Below, in pieces: positions 44,586-57,662 of a stretch of DNA of 64,000 nt (the stretch's first letter is position 1; every line of letters begins with the position of its first letter). The translations under genes and the position numbers were made by a program. This DNA comes from Nemertoderma westbladi (Eukaryota > Animalia > Xenacoelomorpha), in contig JAUCBJ010006452.1 of assembly GCA_032718475.1 (NCBI GenBank), positions 10,949-74,948 on the forward strand, read 5' to 3'. The notes beneath the pieces are model-generated. The model was not told the origin of the DNA and searched no databases. It saw only the letters and a program-made list of their open reading frames with translations.

Positions 44586-45556
44586 TCAAGAGGGTGTCAT
44601 AAGTGACACTGCAGCTCTTTTATTCATTAATACCTATTTATTTATATTTAATTTTAATTAATTGTTTGTATTCTATTTTACTTTATTTATTCATTTGTAC
44701 TTTATTTTAAATTAATTAATTGTTTATATTACTTTTACTTTATACATTGATTTCTATTTTTAGATTAATTAGTTTTTATATTACCAATGAGATCACTATG
44801 ACATAATGTCTATATTTATCTTTATAATGGCTATGGTATACGGCTCCCTACTGGCAACTATCAACTGCGTTCATCGGCGGGGGACCCCTCCTCTGCCCTC
44901 ATTATTCGCATACGGGGCCCCTCCTCTGCCCTCATTATTCATTAAGTAGATACAACAGGCAATAAATCTACACGTATACCCCAAAGGCAAATATAAACAG
45001 CCCCTTCGATGACTCACTAATAATCCCATCGCAGCCTTGACTACACCAAATCCGTATATCGCTCAAGGCTAATGCTCTAGCGGCCCTCCTTTGTTCTCAC
45101 TATAGCCGACATCACTTGGGTCCTTTCCTATATCCAAGCAGCCCATATCATAACAATGAAGCGCCTCTAAACACGCATTCCTCTCTACTAATCCCTTTCC
45201 TTTGCACCAGACCTGCTTCTGTTATACAGCCAACTCAACATAATTAGTCAAGATGCCTACAGGAGTTTTCTAATATAGATTCATCAACACGAGAAGTTGC
45301 CCTGGTTACCGCTTATGCACGAACATCCAATTAGCGGGCTTCATTTCTACTGCTGCGTTCTGATTGGCTCATTTAAGAGACAAGGGCCTCCCTTAATAAC
45401 CGAATTGCTATTTAATACATCCCCACCAATTTATTACGTCATTATTTTAAACGATTAACATCATTTACCATTATTTTGTTTTCGAATTTAATATTATTTA
45501 TTAAGAATATTTATTTGTTATCATCAGTCAACAACCCACTTGTAGAGTTGTATTAT

Positions 45557-46177
45557 TGTCATTTTGCCGCGTTATCGCTCATCGTCGACATCGAACTTTC
45601 CGCTTAGCCGTCGCGTAATATTCTTCCGATACCATTCCGTTCTATCGATTAATAAACTCTTTTGTCGTCCACGGCAACCAACTTCTTCGCGAACATCCAA
45701 ACTTCATCTTTCCGTTGAATATTTACTAACACTGTAAGTAAAATCTGCCTTCCACCATCTCCATCGACGCCGCTAGCAAACAATTTACATTTAATGTCTA
45801 CCGATACAACAGTATTGCAGTAGGCTCATTATTAATTACTATCAGACTGCGGTGCTACCGATAGCCTAAACCGTGATTGAGGCATTCGATCAATAGGCCT
45901 ACAACTGTTTATCTGCTTATAGTATTTTTTATCTTTTTACAAATAATCAACTTATTTTTCTAGTGTCATTTTGCCGCGTTATCGCTCATCGTCGACAACA
46001 AACTTTCCGCGTTTCCATTGTGTAATATTTTTTCGATACCATTCCGTTCTATCGGTTAATAAATTATCTCGTCGTCCACGTCAACCAACTTCCTCACAAA
46101 CTTCCAAACTTCTTCTTTCCGTGAATATTAACTAATACCGTAAGTAAAATCTGCCGGTGTCTGTCATTTCGCCGCAT
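45557..46177 (+). repeat. About 190-bp direct repeats (45557, 45964, and a third at 46162 cut by the LTR)
   Basis: TGTCATTTTGCCGCGTTATCGCTCATCGTCGACA...GTAAGTAAAATCTGCC is repeated. Confidence 0.8.
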
Positions 46178-47447
46178 TGTACGCGCTTTTGTAGACCTTT
46201 AGCAGTTTAACCTGCCAAAATTTATATGTCTTTAATTGTTAAATTGACTTTAGAAGATGACAAAGATTTAACACAAAACAAACAAAAACATTAGTCGAAG
46301 CCAGTCGATGCGCGTTCATTCACCCGATGGTTACACCCGGGAGACTGGATTCGTATGCTTAGATTTATTGCGGTGAAGCCTACTGTATTATTCGATTGAT
46401 CACTAATATATAATCTCTGACAAGTATTATTCACTTTCGGGAAATATTAGCAGTTCCTTTAGGACGTGGCGTTCTACCTATGTAAACAGAGCTATGACTT
46501 ATACTAAACACAACGATATGGCTTAGAATTCAAGTATGAGACGCATTCTTTAGGAGATGCTTAGTTATCAGCCACAATCATACACACTACCGGTAACGCA
46601 CAATACTGCTCACTGGTATGCCGACAGTTACTGACTTTGATCAGGTATAAAGAGGAACACACTGGACTCATGTAGTATCTATTAAACAGCATTAGATTCA
46701 CTACAAACACAATAATATAAGTCGCAATTGTTGTATGTATCCTGTCTCTCTAACCTGTAGTGTATCAAGAATATTGGAAAATTTGGGTTGTTTATCGATA
46801 TTCTTCAACTAATAACATCCAACTAGACTGATACAAATAATCACAAACAGTAAAAGCAGTAAGACGGTAGGTTACGATATGATAAGTATGAATGAGTTGT
46901 TGTGATAAGATTGGACCGTGATTAGACCGTGGTTTGATAACAGTTATACTTTCTATAATCTAAGCCTACTAAGGTTCCTTCTAAAGTCTGAAACATAGAG
47001 TCATTCCAAAAGCCGATGTTCAGGCAATAGGAACGACATAACACACATACTGACTCGCCCAGCCTCGATCTGGAGAGTATCTCTTCAGAGAAAACGAAAA
47101 TCGCCCTGATTGGCCGTTAGGCAGAAACAAAGAAACCAGGTGTCCAATGAGGGCTCCTTCCACGTCATCAGCCAGCTGGGAGATGTCGTAATCGGAATTC
47201 TTCCCACGACATGGTGACAGAGAGAATGCCGCATTGCGGGTTTTGTACCTTGTTATGTCCGCTAAAGCACACATCCAGAAGAATCAACATTTATTTCCGT
47301 TAAAAACACCTATACATTACTTTGAGGGCCAGGGAATTAATTATATCCGTAAACGCGTTTACAGTAGGTTTTAGAGTATTTGAGCGCACGGGGGGAAAAC
47401 TGGATTGCGGAGCAAAGGAGCAGTTATATCCCATAGAAGCTTTTACA
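46178..47447 (-). repeat. 3' LTR (1270 bp), diverged homolog of the family B LTR
   Basis: TGTACGCGCTTT...GCTTTTACA followed by CCGCTCCCAGAAAAT, as at 9601. Confidence 0.9.
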
Positions 47448-47525
47448 CCGCTCCCAGAAAATGGGATTTAAGTCTATAAAATATACTAAATCACAGTTTC
47501 TAATATACGTAAATACTCTAAACAG

Positions 47526-48888
47526 TTAGTCTTTCTTGTGCGGACGGCGTTTACGCAGTTTTTTAAAGCTAGCCAGAGTCTTTTTCTCTTTGGGGCGAGC
47601 CACTGTACAAGGAGGGCTATAACTCCTGGGTGAAGGGTGCAATATGATTGCATCAGAAGGTGTAGGATTATAGTCGGGGTATCCGCCGTTTCGATATGTT
47701 TCTCCTCAAGCTGATTTTCCTCCGCTCATCGTTGGATACGTTCGTCTAAAACTCTCGCCGAGAATAGGGTCGTCCAAGTTCAATATCGTCTTAGGGACTA
47801 TGGATTTCCCAATCGAACTGGGATAAAGCCAATCCGTTTACCGCTTGGACTTGCTGTTATAATTTAGGTTTATCTGAACAAACGTAGGTTTCTTTTCTGA
47901 TCTTTGTAGAATAGCGTCTATCTCGTTTCGTACAACGCTCTCCTCCGCCTTGATGATGGGTGGTAACGGGTTAAACAGGGACGATTCCGATTATACGGTT
48001 GAATGGCGATATTGGGTGTCCGTCCCCCAATCCGGTCAGGTAAGATAGGCGGATATTTAGGGAGCCATCAACCTGAGTGCCACCGACTAACGGTTCGGGT
48101 AACACTGGATCTCTGAACGGTAAGTACAGTTCGTGAGGATCCGTGATACTATTAGGATCAAGAGTCCGAGGTCTAACTGAGGAATGAGGAGGTCTGACCG
48201 AGCATTCCGGAACTCAGATCATAGGTCTACTCAAGGATCGCCTGAGCCGAGAGAGCGTGGGTGACACATCGGACAAGTTTCTCCCGAAACTCCCGCAAAC
48301 ACAGCGAACAAACCGTGTTTAAAGCAACGTCTCCACTGGCGTTTATGTCTTTCCGTTTGTTGGTTGGTCTTGGGCATTCATCGTAATAATACCAAGACAC
48401 ACGTCTTGTAGGGGAAACGCGGGTGATATTTATTTGGTGTTACAATGCTTCTCTCAAGAATTCTAAATATACGTTGGAGTTACCGCGTTTATCCGCTTCT
48501 TGAACGTCTTTTCTTTCGAGTCGATTTCGAATAGAATTTTCGCATTCGAATTTCAGTTTATTGTTGCGACTCCGCTGGGTAGGATATTTAAATAATACCA
48601 TTTCCCTTTTTGCGTTGACATAGTCCGTATCGTGTAAGTCGATAGAATGGCCGGTAGTTAAGAAGTCCATATACGTACCATTACGATGCGTATAGCGAGC
48701 GGTGAATCTTGCTATAGTCCAATTCACGCGTAAGTTGCTCCTGGGACATAGGCGGTTCGATATAACTACCATCGTCCTCCGTAGTAGTTGGATCAGCTTC
48801 ACCGCGTATCAAGCTTATCCACAAACGCTTGTAAAGGTAGAGTATATCTCTCTCTAATACCAAGATCATCTTCTATCAACTCCGTCAT
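47526..48888 (-). pseudogene. Decayed accessory gene (exonuclease and zinc-knuckle part deleted)
   Basis: Matches about 9679-9845 joined to about 12575-13771, with frameshifts and stops. Confidence 0.85.
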
Positions 48889-50510
48889 ATCTGCTTATAT
48901 GAGTTTATTAATATTATAATGAGTTTAGCTTTAGGCGAGCGGGCGTCGCTGCCTACTCCTCTCTGCCCCCGGACAGTGGGATCCTCAGCGCCGATGCACC
49001 GTTGTCGCGGTGTTTACGCCAACGTAGTAGCAACAGCACGACAACGATAACCGGCACAAGTCACTCCACTGTCCGTCCCAAAGTCTTGAAATCACTTAAG
49101 GTTTTACGGCAGAGTTAAGGTTACTTTCACAATTGCGACTCGCTACTGTAAACACACTTTAGTAGTAACATTCACCTATAAACGCACAAATTCCACACAA
49201 CTGTCTCCAATTGTACACATACAAGGCCATTTGTCCGTTAGTCAGTGCCTTCCAGAATGTCACGTTGTTATTGCGTATCCTTGGATACTAACAGTGTGCT
49301 ATATTCTCTATGCTATGCAATGGGTCAAGCCTTTTATTGTTCCTTTTAACTCGTTTCTAATTCTAGCGTGGGTGTTGCCATGGTGACATTATGGAAAGCT
49401 AGCGGTAGAATTAGGGTAATTCTCATGCATACAGATCTGGGATGCTGTTTAATAGTAATTCTTTGATTGTCAATATCCTCTTTATGCATGATTTTATAAA
49501 TTTTATCGGCTATTGACTATATGTTGGAGATTCTCGCACTCTAGTACACTCAATAGGATGAATCTCCGCTCCCGTGATCTATTAATTAATGGAATTTTGG
49601 GAATGTTATAAATTGCATAAAATGACAATTTATTAAATTCATTTAAGGATATGAATTTAAATTTATTCCCGTGAATTTTATTATTTGATGGTAAAATTGA
49701 CACAATTTTATTCCAGAGCATGTCTGGGGACCTAGGATCCTTAATTCTATAAAATTGTCTTTTAAGAGTATCGGTAAGTGCTGCGATATCTTAATTGACT
49801 AGAAATTTTAAAGGATCTGACATTTTACAGATTTTAATAAATATTAAATTAATATTTAAGATGGGCACCGATTTATTCCAGAACTTGTCTGGGGACGTTA
49901 ACCACTGATTCTAGAATTTGTCTTTCAAGTATATCGGTGGGTGCCGCGATATCTTAATCGACTAGAATTACAGATGGTCAAAAAGGTTTAACAGATTTAT
50001 TTGCGTTTTACGCTACTGTTAGAGGGACATCACGCTACTATATGTATTATTTAATATAAGGTAGAAGAGCAATATCGCACGAAGCAATGTCAGTGTGAAG
50101 AGGCAAGTCGTTTCCAAGGTCTACCCAGAGCTTGGTTTAGCCGAGACACGAGGATCTGAACTTTGCATTCCTAATACTCTGCCTACCAATAATACTTAAA
50201 TATAGTAGGAGCTTTATTGTACTTTAATAAGTACGGACATGTCATCTTACTATAGTCTCGCATTTATAATATAATACGGACAGTAAGGAAAGAGAAAAGA
50301 ATTATTTCTCGCCGTCGCACTAGATATATTATATGTAATTACGTAATAAACACTAATATATTGCACTAATCTACTAAATAATCTAAAATAACATTCTACT
50401 AAATAAAATTAAATAAAACGATTATAATAAAATACATAACAATCCATACATAAATATAAAATAATAAAAAAATATAAAATAATATAGTCACACACCCACT
50501 CCATATATAA

Positions 50511-53321
50511 TTACGTTATGGAGTCCCTAGATCTTTGTCGAATTAGGGAAGTGGTCGTAGGAAGAGTATCTTGCCTTCCATGGTTTCCGGACAGTTTTCG
50601 GTCTCTTTCCAGTAAACCTAAGCGACCAGCTGGGCGATTAGGCTGTCGTGTTACTTCCTCCGCTCCCTTGGCCTGTCTAATCTTCGCCGTGGTAAGATGA
50701 GGAGGCCATTCATCTTCTTCTTTACTTAGGGAGTCGGGTCCACCTAACCAGCCGGGAGTATCTATCCGTTCTTGAGGAGTTGCTCCTCTGGAAGCGATGT
50801 CGGCTAGATTAATCATCTCGGGGCGATGTCTCCATTGATCTACATTGGAGTTAATATCGTCATTATCTGAGGAGTATGGTGTTCCCTCAGTGGGTTCGTC
50901 CACCTCACTGCTCTCCTCTTCCCAATCCTTTACTTGAAGTAGCCGGTCTTGTGGCAATCTTTCTTCAAGAGTTCTGCGGGAAGGGCCAGTAAAGTACCAA
51001 CCTACTCTAGTTCTTACCGCATAAGTTTGTAATGGCTGCGGTTGAGCAGGCCGTTTCTCCAATGTCTCGAGCGCCTCATGCGCGTTTTGGCCGATGAGGA
51101 TTTGCACTCCAGGATAATCGGTTTGGAATCGAGGTATCTCAAGATGTTGGATGCTCTCGTCCTCGTCCCAGTTATAAGGTTCTACTTGGGTAGTAGCGAA
51201 GTTCTTTATTGCCACCATTTTTACTGACCTTATACTTTGTTCTCCTAATTTATCCTGTGGGGTGGACAACGCACCTATATAGTAATCTGCCGTTATGGTA
51301 GATTTCCAAACTTGCATAATTCCGGACATATTTAACTTAGTTCGGAATTTGGGTTGTCCAGCAAAGATGTCCTCGGCTAGTTCTTTGTCGATGAATGTTC
51401 CTGTACTGCCGGAGTCAAGGAGGGCATTCACTATGTAACTCTTATTAGGACCGTGAACTCTTACCTGTACCACAGGAAATTCTCGTATTCCTACGTGGGA
51501 GGTTGGAGCTTTCCAAGATGGTTGTCTGTCAAAGGTGGTTGGGGGGAACTCCGTGTCGGTGTCTTTTTCGTACGTAAGTGCTCGATACACTGCGGTATTT
51601 ATTAGATAACAGGATTCGTTGGCATCGGAGAATTCGTCCGTATAGAATCCTTCCCACTCAGAACTTTGGTCAGTGTCGTTCACATCACTGAATTGGACAT
51701 GTGATTTGGGCTCACTTACCTGACTCGGGCTGTTTCGTTCGAATTCCGTGTGCAACAAGCTATGATGTTTCGCGCCGCACTTAGCACACCTTGCGTCAGA
51801 GTAACAGGTTCGCCGCTGGTGTCCGCGTCTGAGACAGTTATAACACAACCGCTTATCCCACAGGACTCCACGTCTATCTGCCAGGGATTTCTTTAGGAAT
51901 TCTGCACACGCACTCAAACGGTGGGGCCCGTCGCACAGCGCACATTTTGGTTTGATGTTACTCACTTTACCTTGGGTAATGTTATGCACTTTCGCTCGTT
52001 CTTCGGGCTTTCTTACCTGAATTCTGTTGGGAGACTGAGGAGGGGTCTTGGCAACCTGTTCTCTCCTATCATTGGTTCGAGACTTGTATTTACTTACGTC
52101 TTTTGGGGTTTTGTGGTCATAGTAAGATCTTGCTGTGTCTTTCCCGCTGTCCTCCTCATGGGAGGTCTGGCTTTCGCCCTCGTCTGTATAACACACGGGT
52201 ATTATTCTTTTCCTAGAAACGGGTTTCTCACTTACCTGATTTTCCGATGTTTTCTCTCTGGACTGCTTTATGAGTTGTAGTTTGACCTCACCGTCTAGGA
52301 ATGACATGAGATCAGCCATGGTAGGGCTCCGTCGTTGTTGCTCCATCATATACAACACTTTCTTGTCCCAGCGAGTACATACTCCACCCTTTGGTAAAGT
52401 AGAGACTATGGCTCCAATAACCATGGAACTCTGATATTCATGAGACTTACCTAACCAATCCAATTGTCTACAGATCTCTTGAATCTCATCGGAAAACTCT
52501 ATAATCTCGTTACTAAGGAACTTTCGGGGGGCTACTAGTTTTGCATACAAATACTTAGCTATGTTATCCTTATTACCATACCTGGTGTTTAATGTATCCC
52601 AAACTTGTCTTAATCCATTTGGATGTCCAATAAACTTCAACGCCATTAACTTGGGAGGTCCTTCCAAACATTTGATGAGGAATCTCAGTTTCTCTCCGCT
52701 AGATAGTACAGAGTTCTGTATGCTATCTTCGTAATATTCATTAAACGGTAACCATTTCATCTCATCTCCATTGAATTTGACGATTTCTCCCACTTTGACC
52801 GCTTGGCGGGCTTCTGTTCTAGCCATCTGACGCGTAAAGCTTTCTTGGGCCATCGTGTTATTTAATATCGAATTATCGGTATATAAATTTCTCGGATTAT
52901 TATCAGGTCTATAGGGAATATCATTACCAACAGGTTTATAATCACCCTTAATAGGGTTTGCTATAGGAGTTTCTACTTCGCTAGCAGTATAGATGCGTGT
53001 AGGCTCCACACCTTGCGCATGAAATACTTCAGGCCTAACAGGTTGACACATGGTTACAGGGGGTGTTGGTATGCCCCTTTTTACATTTACTAATTTATTG
53101 CGTTCTAGCGCGATACTTTGCTGCACTTCTTGCAGCTCTAACCTACTTTCCCTGACTGTTCCCTTGAACTGGTGGACCGTCTCCTGCATCTGTCCGAGCA
53201 GGACAAACCAGTCTAACAAAGGGTTAGAACTTCTGGTTATTACAACGGACTGGATACTACGGTATTTGAAAATAATAAGCAGAAGTAAATATACTGCGTT
53301 GTCCAGATAGGAAAGTACCAC
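50511..53321 (-). CDS. Gag-protease-only ORF with in-frame deletions of RT/RNase H/integrase; true start uncertain
   Basis: Gag, triple CCHC and LLDSGS are intact. Joins SDNDDI to QWRH..ADIASRG and KGAEEV to RPAGRLGLLERD. Confidence 0.85.
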   Translation of the reverse strand: MVLSYLDNAVYLLLLIIFKYRSIQSVVITRSSNPLLDWFVLLGQMQETVHQFKGTVRESRLELQEVQQSIALERNKLVNVKRGIPTPPVTMCQPVRPEVFHAQGVEPTRIYTASEVETPIANPIKGDYKPVGNDIPYRPDNNPRNLYTDNSILNNTMAQESFTRQMARTEARQAVKVGEIVKFNGDEMKWLPFNEYYEDSIQNSVLSSGEKLRFLIKCLEGPPKLMALKFIGHPNGLRQVWDTLNTRYGNKDNIAKYLYAKLVAPRKFLSNEIIEFSDEIQEICRQLDWLGKSHEYQSSMVIGAIVSTLPKGGVCTRWDKKVLYMMEQQRRSPTMADLMSFLDGEVKLQLIKQSREKTSENQVSEKPVSRKRIIPVCYTDEGESQTSHEEDSGKDTARSYYDHKTPKDVSKYKSRTNDRREQVAKTPPQSPNRIQVRKPEERAKVHNITQGKVSNIKPKCALCDGPHRLSACAEFLKKSLADRRGVLWDKRLCYNCLRRGHQRRTCYSDARCAKCGAKHHSLLHTEFERNSPSQVSEPKSHVQFSDVNDTDQSSEWEGFYTDEFSDANESCYLINTAVYRALTYEKDTDTEFPPTTFDRQPSWKAPTSHVGIREFPVVQVRVHGPNKSYIVNALLDSGSTGTFIDKELAEDIFAGQPKFRTKLNMSGIMQVWKSTITADYYIGALSTPQDKLGEQSIRSVKMVAIKNFATTQVEPYNWDEDESIQHLEIPRFQTDYPGVQILIGQNAHEALETLEKRPAQPQPLQTYAVRTRVGWYFTGPSRRTLEERLPQDRLLQVKDWEEESSEVDEPTEGTPYSSDNDDINSNVDQWRHRPEMINLADIASRGATPQERIDTPGWLGGPDSLSKEEDEWPPHLTTAKIRQAKGAEEVTRQPNRPAGRLGLLERDRKLSGNHGRQDTLPTTTSLIRQRSRDSIT

Positions 53322-54236
53322 CGCCTGACGACCTATAGCCGTATCAGTAGTATAGGATGCTAGTACACGGCATCATGGTCACCCGTAGCCCATCATTACC
53401 ATCCATTTCTACTCCTTCCTCCAATAAGAAGCCACCATTTCAACCATTAGCAGTGGTCGTTATTATTTCAACCAATCAGATGTCAGCATTTCAAGCTTAA
53501 TCATGGTAACTTTTCAAGTTCCCGCATCTTCCGCTAGAGGCGTTATTAGTCACCCAACGCTACTCCTTCCTCCAATCATAAGCCTTTATCTTCCAGGTGT
53601 TCGGGTGTCTACACTTAGCATCAGGTAACTTCTACTATTTTTCACCAGTAACTAAATTTAATTTTGCAATTTTTCAGATAACAAAATATTCATCTTCGCA
53701 TAGCCTAACCTCACGATGCATGGCTAGCTCCCAACCCATCGCTACTCAATCCACAGCTGTTACCCACTCAACCAACAGCGATGCTTGCCTAACCCACCGG
53801 TTATTCACCTTTTCACCACATCACCACCACCACCGCCTCTATCGCTGTATACTGTATATGATGGCGACGTGGCCACCAACTACCCGCATCGCCTGTATAT
53901 GATATTATATCGATTGCCAATGCCACGACTGCTGTTGTCAAACCAACAAACCAGTATGATACATGAAATTCCATCCCGTTCCAGCTATGCGTATACATGC
54001 ATTAGTGATTATTATTATTACGCAATAATTGTTGATTATACAGTAGTTCCCTACCGGCTAATCAACCAATCAATAATCCGAATTTAGGCTATTTTTCAGT
54101 TTAAGACTTGTATTATTTTTGTTGATAATATCTTATATATAATCTCTTGCTTTAATCACAATTAATAATTTGTAATGGTTTTAGTTTAAAAAGTTTTTAC
54201 TTTCTTTGTTTGATTTACAATAAAATAAATTTAATA

Positions 54237-56106
54237 ATGTCTTCTGATACCGATATGGTTAAGCCAATAGTAAGGCATTCATTTTTTGCAGAAGACGGTC
54301 AAGCCTATATTGTTATTGATCATACAATTTACCGTCAGGGAGATGATAAATATAAAATTGAGTTTTCTAAAAAAGCCAGGAAAGTTTTAAGCTCAATCGA
54401 TATTGATGCTTCTGAAAATAGCATTCATCTCTTGGAATACACCCCGAAAGTTGATCATGAGGGAAAATTAATCAACATTTTACTATTATCCATGATAGAG
54501 GGGTTAACCCTATTAGCACTGGGGGGGGGGCCGAATCGGCCCCTTCCTAGTTTTTAGTTGCTGTAACTATGCAACCACATTACGTACCGGCCCAATTTTT
54601 TGTGAGAATTAGCCAAATTTAATGCCGCATCTTTTGCAAAAAACGCCGTTGCAATTGGATTTCTACTTTTCGATGTGGGTACCACCTCAAAATTTGGTCT
54701 CCAGCACCAAATTTTTTGAAATTTTCGAATTTTACAAAGTCATTCGTGATTTAGTAATTATTTATGTTTGGGCTATTTTTATTTATTTTTATTGGCTTGG
54801 ATCACTCTAATGCTCTATACAAGTATGTAAGTGTAGTGGTTCGCCATTTTTGGTGCACCAAAATTAGGGCGTGGCACTTCAAATTTTGAAAAATACGAGA
54901 TTCGGAAAATACACTAAAGTTTTGATTTGCAAAGCATTTTTATAGGTTTTCTGGAGCGCTGAATCGATTGAAAGTAATATAGAAGCCTGAAGACTTAGTG
55001 GTTCGCCATTTTTGGTGCACCAAAATTAGGGCGTGGCACTTCAAATTTTGAAAAATACGAGATTCGGAAAATTCACTAAAGTTTTGATTTCAAATTAATT
55101 TTATAGGTTTTCTGGAGCGCTGAATCGATTGAAAGTAATATAGAAGCCTCAAATCCTTTGTGTACGTAATTTTCGGTGCATCAAAATTAGGGCGTGGCAC
55201 TTCAAATTTTCAAAATTACTTTATTCGGAAAAAACACTAAAGTTTTGATTTCAAAAAATGGCTAACATCTAAGTCTTCAGGCTTCTATATTACTTTCAAT
55301 CGATTCAGCGGTCTGGAAAACCTATATAAATTCGTTAAATTTTCAATTTTGGTTTATTTTCCGAATCTCGTATTTTTCAAAATTTGAAGTGCCACGCCCT
55401 AATTTTGGTGCACCAAAAATGGCGAACCACTCAGTCTTCAGGCTTCTATATTACTTTCAATCGATTCAGCGGCCCAGAAAACCCATAAAGATGCGTTGAA
55501 ATAAAAAAATTAGGGGCATTTTCTGAATATCTAATTTTTCAAAATTTGAAGTGCCACGCCCACTTCTTAGGTGCACGAAAAATAGCATCCACTTCAATTT
55601 TTGGAAGTGGAATATAATCACATTCGATTCAGCGTCTTGAAAAACCTACTAAATCTAGCCAACACTGCCACACTATCAGTTTTTAGAAAACGAAAAATTT
55701 TGTAATTTTGTCCTGGGACTACTTTTATTTTTCATCAAAATTATGAGACCCTGCTTATGAAATTTTAATTTTTTAAGGTTTGGTAGTGTTCATCTATAGT
55801 TGTTTCACCAACAGCCCAAATTTTGTAGGATTTCATTGGACGACTACAAAAATATAGTGGGTGGGCCGAATCGGCCCCCCCCCCAGTGGTGCTAATGGTC
55901 AAAACACCCCAGTGGTAATAGGGTTAATTGTTATTACACAATACAATGAAGCTGGTGAAAAGTTTGAAATACGGCTAAATCGCCATAGTCCCTACGAAAT
56001 TATGTCTTTCTTTATTGTAATGATTTCAAAAGAATCCTTTGTCGAAACTGAAGAATCAACAGATAATTTTGAATACCGATACGATGATAATATCATTGAT
56101 TCATGA
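54237..56106 (+). pseudogene. Polinton hypothetical 149-aa gene split by a piggyBac-like insertion
   Basis: Removing 54508-55927 joins MIEGL to IVITQYNEAG in frame. Confidence 0.75.
54508..55923. mobile_element. Non-autonomous piggyBac-like element (1416 bp), TTAA TSD
   Basis: TTAA-CCCTATTAGCACTGGGG...CCCCAGTGGTAATAGGG-TTAA, with internal ~160-bp repeats in direct then inverted orientation. Confidence 0.92.
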
Positions 56107-56275
56107 CTATTCCCACTATATTATAAATATTTTATGCTTATATATAAAATTTTAATGTTTTTAAGTAATCGAAAATTGTAGTAGTATTTGTATATACAGT
56201 ATAACAGTTTTGTTTGTTGTTGTTGTTGTTGTGTATTGTGATAATTATTTTCAATTTACTTTAAAATTTGGAAAA

Positions 56276-56731
56276 ATGGATATGTTAAATGAAAAATGCC
56301 CAGTTTGCTATTCTAAGTTATTGCAACAACATCGAGATTATTATAAATGTGAAAATAAACATGCAACTTGCGTACAATGTATTGTACAATATTCCGAAAT
56401 GAATAATTATTGTTCTAAAATTTGTCCTATTTGTCGCGCACCCATATCTAATTTTAATATAAAGTTGGTAAGTTACCAACCCTTTTATTGGAAAGAGCTT
56501 CGCAATATAACTTATATTTCCGTGAAAAGTAATGATCCAGGAGATTTATTTACAATATTGGAGAATATTTTTTATAGAAATGTTGTCCGAAGGTGTTGCT
56601 ATTATATTCCTTATTTTTTTAGCGGCGAACATAAAAAAATCATTAGCGCGAAATTCTCGGGAAGTGATTTCCAAACCGCCGATATTACCTATCATTATTT
56701 AGCGTATAAAGATGCTCACCTCCATGCTTGA
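56276..56731 (+). CDS. RING-finger protein (putative E3 ligase)
   Basis: CPVC..CENKHATCVQC..CPICR (C3HC4-like). Confidence 0.8.
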   Translation: MDMLNEKCPVCYSKLLQQHRDYYKCENKHATCVQCIVQYSEMNNYCSKICPICRAPISNFNIKLVSYQPFYWKELRNITYISVKSNDPGDLFTILENIFYRNVVRRCCYYIPYFFSGEHKKIISAKFSGSDFQTADITYHYLAYKDAHLHA

Positions 56732-56944
56732 AATTACATCAGTTTGGAAATAGCACCTTTTGCTGCAGCGAGCGTCGCATACTGTTGTTGTGTTATATGT
56801 TAATTAAATATACAGTACAGTACTCTAATATTATTGTAGTTCCATCAATTATTGTTATATACATAGTAATGGTGATGGATTATTGATATTGATATTGATA
56901 TTATATTATATTGTATTGTTGATATATCTTAATAATAATAATAA

Positions 56945-57625
56945 ATGGCTGACTTTAATTCAGGTCCATATAATTTAAACTTTCAAATGGGAACGAGTAT
57001 GATAATTTCAGGGGCATCTGGTTCCGGAAAATCAACTTTTGTGGGGAATTTAATTAAACACAAGAATGGTTGTTTCAACGAAGCCCCCTTGCGCGTATTG
57101 TATTGTTACGGGAGCAATCCACCGACTATTCCTGGTATTACACACCTTTACAAAGGCTTGCCCGAAAATATAGATACTTTAGTGAATAGTCGAGATTTAT
57201 TAATTATAGATGATTTATTAACAGAAACCGAGTCCAGTACAGCTTTAACTGTATTGTTTACTAAGGTAGCTCATCATTCCAATATATTTATTTGTTTTAT
57301 AACGCAAAACATGTTTTACGGTGGGAAGCATAACCGCACAAGATCAATTAATAGCCATACCTTAGTATTAATGAAAAATCCAAGAGACAGCCTATCGGTT
57401 TTAAATTTCGCAAAGCAAATGTTACCAGGGCAGACCAAATTTTTAGTAGATTCCTATCGAGACGCAACTATTGATCCATTTTCACATTTCTTAATTGACT
57501 TACGTCAGGAAACACTCGAACATTTAAGATTTAGATCGGATATATTTTGTAATCATAATTGTTACATTAAAAATTACATTGACTATAAACGTAGCGAAAA
57601 TAATAATAATAATAATAATAAATAA
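56945..57625 (+). CDS. Polinton DNA-packaging ATPase (A32/FtsK-like)
   Basis: Walker A GASGSGKS, Walker B LLIIDD, plus ITQN and MKNPRD. Confidence 0.92.
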   Translation: MADFNSGPYNLNFQMGTSMIISGASGSGKSTFVGNLIKHKNGCFNEAPLRVLYCYGSNPPTIPGITHLYKGLPENIDTLVNSRDLLIIDDLLTETESSTALTVLFTKVAHHSNIFICFITQNMFYGGKHNRTRSINSHTLVLMKNPRDSLSVLNFAKQMLPGQTKFLVDSYRDATIDPFSHFLIDLRQETLEHLRFRSDIFCNHNCYIKNYIDYKRSENNNNNNNK

Positions 57626-57662
57626 TTAATATTTTGTAACAATTTTCAATAATGTTGCAAAA

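Larger units (their letters stand above)
46178..53345 (-). mobile_element. BEL/Pao family B relative, non-autonomous (deleted), 5' end interrupted
   Basis: LTR, the same PPT, decayed accessory ORFs, conserved spacer and gag-protease ORF, all colinear with 8394-26952. Confidence 0.92.
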
